Positions 46,001 to 52,117 of a stretch of DNA of 52,117 bases are shown piece after piece. Position 1 is the stretch's first letter; each line of letters begins with the position of its first letter. The DNA is taken from positions 1 to 52,117 of the forward strand of contig JBBMKC010000007.1 of assembly GCA_037834085.1 (NCBI GenBank). The letters are read 5' to 3'. Source of the stretch: Bipalium vagum. Lineage: Eukaryota. Below the pieces are notes generated by a model that was given only the letters and a program-made list of their open reading frames with translations, had not been told where the DNA came from and ran no database searches. A program made the position numbers and the translations under genes.

Positions 46001-49000
46001 AATTTGAAAATTCCTTAATTTTTGTCAAGAGATTTTAGAGGAAAATTAGTTTTTATCATCGCTCATGAACAGCGCGTACTAGACATTTAACTTTCTTAAT
46101 TGTGCCCATTGAATCGGGTTGCCGTAAACATTCAGAACCCGCTGGTGATTCCCGAATATTGGAGGGCTGAATCAATAATATTTTGTTTGGTGGTAAAGTT
46201 GCCAGTGATATTAATTGGTAATACTTTAAATTATTATATGCAGATTGGATCTGTTTGATCTTGGTCTTGGATAACTTGGAACAATATTTTTAAATTATTT
46301 TAATGAATTAAGAAAACATAAATATAAAATTAATAATTATAATTATAATTATAAGGAGTGATTCGAAGAATTAGTTTTTTTGAATTTTTTAAATAAGGAC
46401 CTCGCGCCTAGATTAAAAAATATTAAATGTTTTTAATTTAAAGTTTTTAAAAATTATAATGTTACGTTTTTTAAAATTTTTAAAAAAATATTTTAAATAA
46501 ATGTTGATTAATTTTAAAAATGTAAATAATTTAATTTTAATAAAAGGCGAGGTCCAAGTTTGAAAAGTTTGTTTGGTTAATCAGATTTAATGAAATATAT
46601 TATTATTATTGCTTCGACTTTGAATTATTATTTAAAAATGACTACACAAGAATATAACTTGGCGACCACACCAGGACTTTGCGGCATCAACACTGTCGGA
46701 CTCGTTCACAGACAGAATAGCTCCTGATGTACTAAGAAAAGGAGACGATGTGTGGTGTTTTATAAAAAGATGTCAAAGATATTTTGACATTAAGGAGACC
46801 CCAATAATAATAATAATAATTATTATTATTATTATTATAAATTCTGATTACATTAAAACTAAATTTATGAATTATAGAAAATTTTATTTATTTCAATAAA
46901 TGTTACTTTAATTGAACAGTTTATACAAAGGTTTTATTATTTATTAGTATGTTGATCGAAATTTTAATGTTTAATTTACAAAATTGTTAACACAATTTTA
47001 TATAATCTCGTAATCAAAGTAGATATCCACCATGTAAATGATAATAAAAATAACGGTTAATTTTTTTTATTATTATTATTTTATTTATTTTTTATTATTA
47101 TTTTTATTATTATTATTATTATATATTTTGCTAAGGAAATGATGATCTCAAATAAATAGGTTTTATAAATTTTTAGGTTGATTTTATTTTTCACAATAGA
47201 AATATATATTATTTTCCTTTCCGTTCCAATTTATGGATATCAACAATAATTAATAAACTCGGAATTCTTTCTTCAAATCTTATCACAAAATATAATAGAA
47301 AAATTAGAAAGCGAAGTGCATTTAACGATCCTTTGGTAGGAAATCTTCAAAGTTTTTATTAAAGCTAATGGGAAATAATATTCTTAAATATGAAAGGAAT
47401 TTATAACCTGGTTCCATAATAAAAAACGAAAATATTTTATACTTCTTTTAAACACAAGTATTCTTAGTTTTGAGTATTTACATTAATTAAAATACCATTA
47501 ATTACTTACCTTTCAATTTTACCCGAAGAAGGTTTATTTCAACATTTATTATGAGGCAGATATGTGTAGAAAAAATATGCACTGTTGTTTTGCAAATAAA
47601 ATTCAATAAATCATATTATAAATATATATAATATAAAATCAAGTAATAAATTTAACAAGTTTAACAAAAAAAGATAACTGCAACACTTTTACCATAAAAA
47701 TGAAAATAAAACATTTTGAAATTAACGCTAAAGGCAATTAAAATATTAAATCTTAAAACTAAGAAAAACATGTTAAAAAACATTAAAAATGTAATATAAA
47801 TAATGGACTTTATTTAAAAAAATCAAATTGGTACTGAAGTATTTCACAATATTCCTCCTAACTTTTATATTTCTAATGAAGATCGTACTATAAAGTAATT
47901 TCCAGATAATATATTTCTTTGATCATCTAAATATTATATCTTAATAATATATCCTCAGATATTTGCAAAACCCCATTCTCGATGTCTTTATAATTAATAA
48001 AAACCATTACGTAATACGACTTGTCAATTTGATTAAATATTCCTATTTAAACAAATAAATTCTATTTATATCATTTAATGATTCACAAAGAATTTCAAAA
48101 TTTTTCATAATAATCATTCAGTTTGCACTATTTACCAAAATTATTTTATCGGCTTCTTAATGAAGCACGAATAAACGATAGAATGCAGATATAAAAATAA
48201 TAATATCATAATATACTATAATATACTTATGAAAAGTTTTTATTATTTTTTGACAATTGGATTAGACAATAAAAGCGATCAAATAAAACAATAAAAACGG
48301 TTTTCATCCATGAAACAACAAAGATTTCAAGAAGAAAAGGCTTAAAAATTTGAGATTTTCACAAAATATAAAATAACTCTTATTGGGTAAACCATTTAGT
48401 GCACTTATAAATAATTAAAGAAAACAATAGAGAGAATATAAATAAAACGTTTAATTTTTATTCATGTGCCGATGTTTAAATATAAGTGTAAGTATGTGTA
48501 AATATTATGAGTATTCAATAAATATAAATAAAATGGTTAGATAAATAATAATATATAAATAATAAACAATATACAGGGTTTATAACCTCATTTCAAATTT
48601 TTGTAACCTCGTTTCAAATTTTTGTAAATCAATTTCAAAAATAAATAAATTTCAAAAAATAAAAATAAGAAAATGTATTACATATATTTACATATAAACA
48701 TTTAATCATCATAGATGGGCTCCTTATTAATACATTTTGTTAGGAATTTAAGCATGTGTCTGTAATAAGAATTACAATCATCAGCGTCTATTAAATTTCC
48801 TACGTTGTCGATCAATCCAAATAAACCTTTTTCATTTTCAGGACGACCTTGTCTGATGCTTTGAAATACTAAACTTTTCTCTTAATCTGGATCTTAATGT
48901 TTCAAGAGTTATACCAGCATCTGCGTCAATCCAAGACTTTAATGCATTAATATGTTCCGTGTTTAATGATTTCCTTCTTTCACCATTTTTTAATTTATGC

Positions 49001-51201
49001 TCAATACGATTTTTATTTACATAAAGTTTCAAAACTGAATAAACCGTTGATAAATTAACATTTAATACATTCGAAGTTTCCTTTTTCGAATGTCCTTTAT
49101 CATGGGCATCAATTATTCTTTGTCGTATGTCATTTGTAAGCATGCTAAATAACAAATTAAAAGCATGTAAAATTACAAATGTTATACAATGTATAAAATG
49201 TAAACTTGCTTTTCAATTTTAATTATGTAAATTTTGAGATATGCAAATAATAAATTAGTCTAATTAGTGTAATTAAACAATGTAGCTGAGAAAATATGTA
49301 TTTGAAATGAGATTACAAAAATTTGAAATTGAATTAAAATAATTTGAAAGGAGATTATAAACTCTTTAATTTATAATAATATATCTGCTTATCCGAAAAC
49401 AGATAAATACGATCTGAAATGAACTTGTAATTTTATTATCATTGTATTATATTATAATTTATGAATATCATAAAATTAGTTGGATTCAATCAATATTAAC
49501 AACACCCAGAGATTTTATTTGCCACACTGACCAACAACTATTAACTAATCTTAGAAAATCTACTTCTACAAAAATCCACAGGAAAGCAATAAAATTAATC
49601 AATTTTTGAAAAGAAAAGTAATCAATAAGCCCCCGTTTTTCTAACCTTATTGAACAAGTAAAACGAATTTTTATTGTTAATAAATAAATAAAATAAAAAG
49701 CAACACGAAATTCATTAATGGAGAAAAAGATTATAAAAAGACTCCAATTCTCAGTTTCATTGCATCCTTTCATTCTCAAATCAATTTTATTAATATTTGC
49801 CGTCATTGAACAATATTTTAGACAACATTCTGGAGGGGCGAAAAAAACCCACCAACAACGAATCATTAAAATTAGTTAATCAAGTAATTTTTAAAACACT
49901 GTAACTGTTCTCATTTCAGATCTACGATCAGAGAGAAAAAAGAATACGGAAATTATAAAATTGTTGGGGAATTAAATTTTTGAAAAAATTAATAAATTTA
50001 TTAAAAATTTCTTCCTCATATTCGTTGTAATAAAATCTCCATCGAAACTATTATTCAGCTCAAACCGATTTAATTAGCCCAATTTCCACGACTTCGCATA
50101 ATTTCTCGTTTTAGCGACCGGGTTTTCCTTTTTTAAGGATTTGAAGTGAAAAGAAAACACTTGTCTAATGGCTGTATGAAAAAATTATCCTTCATAAAAT
50201 GAAAACCAATTTTTCGAAATATACAAAAAGATAGAGGTGAATAAAAGACCATAAAGAATTACCAAATTATAAAATCGATATTTTTTAAGTTTTCCCGTTA
50301 AATCGAGAGATAAAAATTGGATTTAAGAAAAGAAAATGACCAAATAACTCTTTCGAAATAATTGTCCCAAAAATGTCTGATTATCCCGAATTTCTAAGCC
50401 CCTGCGAAGGAATTAGCCAAATCTATTGTTACATAAGACTACCAGCCGTAGTAATTTGAGAATGTATTTTAGTAAATAGAATTGTGAAAATTATATTTTT
50501 TCTGAAAAATTTTGTTTGAAGAAAAATCCAAAATTGTGCATATTTTTCATACTAAATTTAATAGCGAAATCAATTGCATTTCTGATAGACAAAATTCAAA
50601 TTAATGTCAAGATTAGTGTTATGAAATGTCAGCAAAAAACGACGTCGACTTACTTATATCGCAATTATCAACTTTGCGATCAAATATTTTCATATTTACG
50701 AATCGATTTTCCAATGATTTTTAAAGTGATTATTTAAATTTTTGTTTAAAAAATAATAGGTAATCAACAAAGTTATTGATTCTTTAATTCTTAGCATCTT
50801 TGCACCCTCAGTAAATTAAACAATAGATCAAACTGCTAAAATTCACCTTTGTGAATTAAATAAATGATGGAAAGGAACATAAAATGACCTCTTTTTAAAA
50901 TAGTCATTAAAATGATAAAGTTTTACATAAGCTAAATTCTAAACTTGAAACATGCAATTAATTAAACTATCTCTTACTAACCATTTAACATTTCAGGTGT
51001 TTGTGCTGAATAAACTTAATTAAATTTTCATTCCCAACAAAATTTATTTTATGGAATTTAATCCATGAAATAGTTTTCAAGTAATATTGTACATAAATAC
51101 ATACCATAAAAAGCTGCTTTTTCAGCAGCTATATGATTTTGATCGTTTTCTAGGAGACAGATATCATTCGTTTTATGAACAACAAATTTAGCTTCAGACA
51201 T
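4469..51201 (-). CDS. kcc: K-Cl cotransporter (SLC12A4-7/KCC family) gene, 13 exons, 3' incomplete
   Basis: Join (minus): 51201-51105, 45417-45314, 31762-31652, 31597-31451, 25737-25552, 25502-25270, 25220-25003, 23700-23548, 23505-23407, 23322-23265, 6391-6273, 6198-6024, 4567-4469. This gives 1799 nt, all GT-AG, phases compatible, no stops. Motifs: [81 protein letters not shown]. The four-cysteine loop after TM5 indicates KCC rather than NKCC/NCC. Confidence 0.96.
6024..6198 (-). CDS. kcc: KCC exon 12, TM8-TM10
   Basis: [18 protein letters not shown]...GEPLRA...[12 protein letters not shown](M), with CAG and GTTAGT boundaries. Confidence 0.97.
6273..6391 (-). CDS. kcc: KCC exon 11, TM8
   Basis: [39 protein letters not shown], with CAG and GTTGCT boundaries. 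Confidence 0.97.
7020..7048. repeat. (TA)n microsatellite
   Basis: Read directly. Confidence 0.95.
8696..9087. mobile_element. MITE with about 25-bp TIRs (Tc1/mariner-pogo type)
   Basis: Left end CAGTCAAACCTTTTTACAACGTCAC versus reverse complement of the right end CAGTCGAACCTCTTTATAAAGTCAC. TA follows the right end. Confidence 0.75.
8960..9030 (-). pseudogene. tRNA-Ala-like pseudogene or SINE head inside the MITE
   Basis: Minus strand TATAACTAAGCGGTCAGAGCAGTCCATGCGCATGTAAAAGGTTTTAGGTTCCAATCCAGGTATCTC has A-box and B-box-like motifs and the CGCATGTA..AGGT..GGTTC..ATCC..GG.ATCTC pattern of tRNA-Ala. The stems are degraded. Confidence 0.55.
11150..11310. other. Assembly gap
   Basis: Run of N. 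Confidence 1.
12393..13222 (+). mobile_element. Internally deleted Tc1-like element with about 120-bp inverted ends
   Basis: [13 protein letters not shown] and C-terminal [15 protein letters not shown]. About 12395-12520 is the degenerate reverse complement of about 13110-13220. Confidence 0.85.
16796..17100 (+). mobile_element. DD37D/maT-like transposon fragment
   Basis: TA|CAGAGTGGGG end and [40 protein letters not shown]. The subfamily is assigned by resemblance only. Confidence 0.6.
17440..17565. mobile_element. 126-bp MITE with TA target duplication
   Basis: TA|CAGCGAAACCTGTCAATGTTGGGCACC ... GGTGCCCAAATTAACAGGTTTTACTG|TA. Confidence 0.85.
20679..21466 (-). mobile_element. Probable retrotransposon LTR running into an assembly gap
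   Basis: Abrupt GC rise. The minus strand has TATAAA (about 21295), AATAAA (about 20850) and a terminal TGTCACA, plus 12-bp tandem units at about 21220-21252. The other end is not visible. Confidence 0.5.
21467..21631. other. Assembly gap
   Basis: Run of N. Confidence 1.
23265..23322 (-). CDS. kcc: KCC exon 10
   Basis: [19 protein letters not shown](K), with TAG and GTAAGT boundaries. Confidence 0.95.
23323..23406 (-). other. Putative U12-type (minor spliceosome) GT-AG intron
   Basis: 5' end GTATCCTTTT matches the U12 consensus. The branch-point-like TTTTCTCTTAAC ends 26 nt from the 3' end. The intron is phase 1. Confidence 0.8.
23407..23505 (-). CDS. kcc: KCC exon 9
   Basis: [33 protein letters not shown], with an AAG acceptor and a GTATCCTTT donor. 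Confidence 0.96.
23548..23700 (-). CDS. kcc: KCC exon 8, end of loop and TM6
   Basis: ...[20 protein letters not shown]|GTAAGG. Confidence 0.96.
24360..24670 (+). mobile_element. Degenerate mariner catalytic-domain fragment
   Basis: FYNNRK...[18 protein letters not shown]...[18 protein letters not shown]...NSRPYVS (decayed HDNARPHV). Confidence 0.7.
25003..25220 (-). CDS. kcc: KCC exon 7, large extracellular loop
   Basis: VCILGDRLL...FRCDK...VYCNGT...[19 protein letters not shown]: four Cys and the sequons NGS, NGT and NVS. Donor G|GTAATC. Confidence 0.95.
25270..25502 (-). CDS. kcc: KCC exon 6, TM4-TM5
   Basis: [11 protein letters not shown]...[48 protein letters not shown]..., flanked by two 49-nt GT-AG introns. 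Confidence 0.96.
25552..25737 (-). CDS. kcc: KCC exon 5, TM2-TM3
   Basis: [62 protein letters not shown], with TAG and GTATTC boundaries. Confidence 0.98.
26640..26975 (+). mobile_element. Degenerate mariner C-terminal fragment
   Basis: [21 protein letters not shown] resembles EVLPHPPYSPDLAPSDYHLFRSM. Confidence 0.7.
30600..30850 (+). mobile_element. Possible degraded gag fragment
   Basis: GC-richer patch. [16 protein letters not shown]...EAIKAIF loosely resembles a Gypsy capsid C-domain. Confidence 0.3.
31451..31597 (-). CDS. kcc: KCC exon 4, TM1-TM2
   Basis: [49 protein letters not shown], with CAG and GTAATT boundaries. Confidence 0.97.
31652..31762 (-). CDS. kcc: KCC exon 3 ([37 protein letters not shown])
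   Basis: TTTTCAG acceptor and GTACGG donor. NKLAQYT matches the KCC 'NKLANYT' segment. Confidence 0.92.
33478..34090 (+). mobile_element. LTR family copy 1: LTR, partial PBS and gag relic
   Basis: About 320 bp homologous to 37725-38053 and 46347-46659, followed by TGGCGAC at 33801 and [11 protein letters not shown]...[12 protein letters not shown]. Confidence 0.8.
35024..35740 (+). mobile_element. Highly decayed Tc1/mariner-superfamily element (rosa/DD41D-like)
   Basis: TA|CAGGGTGCATCAGAAA end (echoed at about 29203), a decayed GR.GP...PLDFF segment and a C-terminal [16 protein letters not shown]. Confidence 0.5.
36068..37378 (+). mobile_element. Merlin (IS1595/ISXO2-like) transposon, internally deleted and interrupted
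   Basis: CVECNLTM...SDGYIWR...[17 protein letters not shown]...WILTIVD, and [28 protein letters not shown]. The inverted ends are degenerate. Confidence 0.9.
36554..36967. mobile_element. 414-bp MITE nested in the Merlin
   Basis: TA|CAGTACAACTTCTATTTTGGACCA ... TGGTCCAAAATAAAAGTTGCACTG|TA: 24-bp TIRs with 2 mismatches. Confidence 0.92.
37725..38053 (+). mobile_element. LTR family copy 2 (solo or truncated LTR)
   Basis: Homologous to copies 1 and 3 (CACGCCTAAATTAACAATTATTAAATG, AGGTGAGGTCCA, AGTAATCAGATTTA). No PBS follows. Confidence 0.8.
38402..39509 (-). mobile_element. Internally deleted mariner with both TIRs
   Basis: ATAGGTCATTGAAAAGGTTCGTGCC versus reverse complement TTGGGTCATTACAAACGTTCGTGCC, with TA flanks. 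The minus strand encodes [19 protein letters not shown]. Confidence 0.88.
41451..41762. mobile_element. 312-bp MITE with about 45-bp TIRs
   Basis: TA|GAGGGCTTTCCGAAATAGTCAATCTTCTTTTTCAAAATATTTAAT versus reverse complement CAGGATTTTCCGAAATATTCAATCCTCTTTATCAAAGTATTTAAT. TA follows the right end. Confidence 0.85.
42070..43220. mobile_element. Possible piggyBac-like relics
   Basis: An acidic decayed frame on the minus strand (42070-42405), a GC-rich CCCGGGGGGTGTCTTTGGTAACCC motif, and [14 protein letters not shown] on the plus strand near 42880, which resemble piggyBac. The evidence is weak. Confidence 0.3.
45314..45417 (-). CDS. kcc: KCC exon 2 ([35 protein letters not shown]); could instead start at the in-frame ATG at 45442
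   Basis: Donor GAG|GTAATT. FDLYE joined to EEF of the next exon rebuilds the KCC 'ALFEEE' motif. Confidence 0.85.
46347..46803 (+). mobile_element. LTR family copy 3: LTR, full PBS and gag start
   Basis: PBS TGGCGACCACACCAGGAC at 46660-46677, then [31 protein letters not shown]. It is truncated at an AAT/ATT repeat. Confidence 0.85.
48574..49366 (-). mobile_element. IS630/Tc1-like element, internally deleted, both TIRs present
   Basis: TA|CAGGGTTTATAACC TIR with three roughly 20-bp TTTCAAA-containing repeats, mirrored at 49300-49366. ORF 49155-48838 is the HTH region. A C-terminal tail ([25 protein letters not shown]) follows in another frame, and the DDE core is absent. Confidence 0.88.
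51105..51201 (-). CDS. kcc: Probable KCC exon 1 ([32 protein letters not shown])
   Basis: ATG, 32 open codons and a phase-1 donor G|GTATGT that joins in frame to CAG|GT at 45417. KFVV resembles the N-terminal RFxV of KCCs. The exon has little other homology, so the call is inferred. Confidence 0.65.
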
Positions 51202-51699
51202 TTGTTAATAATGAGTTATCAAATTTGCAGAAATTGTGAAATTTCAAATACCATAACCTTATATATAGTAGAATGTAGTAAAGTAAAACAAACTTTAAAA
51301 ATTTATTTATTTATGGAAGAGTTTTAATAGTCAATGAATTATTAGAATAAATTAGTTTTAATTAACTATTTTTTTTAATAAAATTGGAATACTTATAATC
51401 AAGTATTGTAATTTTATAAAATTTAAACTTTTAAATTTAAATTTTAAATTTATAGTTAAAAGTCTGTATATTAAAAATGAAGATATACGATTTTAACTTT
51501 TTATATTATTATACTGTTTTCTTAAAATTTTTATAGTACATGTTGCCTAATATTTTGATAGATTATTTGAATTTTTCATATTTTAGATTATAATATAAAA
51601 TAAAAGTTATATTAAAATAAATAATTTTGGATCACATTATCTAATACACAGCTTTATTATCAGAAATTTTTTTGATTCCAGAGATGCCGATTTCTGGAA

Positions 51700-52117
51700 C
51701 AATGGCACAGTACTGGACTTGACAACAGGGCCTTTTTCAAATTCACAAATGCTTCTTCTGCAGTTTCATTCCAAACAAACTTTTTATTGACATTTCCACA
51801 CATACATAATCCTTGATGAATTTCCTATAATAATTGCATATTCCTAGGAAACTTCGTAGACCTTTTACGCAGTTTGATTTGTTGAAAGATCTAATGGCTT
51901 CTATCTTCTGTGGATCTGTTTTAATCCATTTCTGATTTATAACGAGTCCCAAGAATTTTACTTCTTCTTTTAAAAACTAGCATTTTTCAGGGTTTACTCG
52001 CAATCTGGCTTCTTTTATTTTTTTAATACCCTATCTAGCTTTGTGTAATGCTGTTCGATGTTGTCTGAGAATACCAAGATATCATCCAGATAAACAATTG
52101 TTCCTTTCAAACCACCA
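51700..52117 (-). mobile_element. Ty3/Gypsy reverse transcriptase fragment, pseudogenised
   Basis: IVYLDDILVFS...RVNPEKC*FLKEEVKFLG...LRSFLGICNYYRKFIKDY...AFVNLKKALLSSPVL, with an in-frame stop. It continues past the right edge. Confidence 0.95.

Noticed and set aside
46060-46290. Open frame of about 77 codons on the minus strand
   Set aside because: No early ATG, no convincing splice sites and no motif; compatible with chance in GC-richer DNA.
49486-49866. 126-aa minus-strand ORF
   Set aside because: F/I/L-rich composition typical of random AT-rich DNA, with no homology signal.
1-52117. CRISPR array, operon or prokaryotic defence system; species-level identification
   Set aside because: There are no regularly spaced repeats or gene-dense regions, and the DNA is spliceosomal eukaryotic. 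The species cannot be determined without a database search.

Overview
This is very AT-rich eukaryotic DNA, most likely from an invertebrate animal, with two N gaps (11150-11310 and 21467-21631). Nearly the whole window is the 5' part of one minus-strand gene for a K-Cl cotransporter (KCC, SLC12A4-7 family). I reconstructed 13 phase-compatible exons by hand, from a probable first exon at 51201 down to 4469 (about 599 codons, N-terminus to just past TM10); the gene continues beyond the left edge. Introns are either tiny (42-84 nt) or large (1.3-16.9 kb). The large ones hold decayed transposons: several mariner/Tc1/IS630-type elements, a Merlin split by a nested MITE, TA-flanked MITEs (one carrying a tRNA-Ala-like segment), three copies of an LTR family (one with a tRNA-Arg-like primer-binding site) and possible piggyBac and gag relics. 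A Gypsy RT fragment lies just upstream of the gene. The best findings are an 84-nt intron with U12 (minor spliceosome) signals and a possible pair of alternative N-termini with and without an RFxV-like motif. I found no CRISPR array or prokaryotic system, and nothing I can support as a wholly new biological system. All calls come from reading the sequence by eye; no searches were run.
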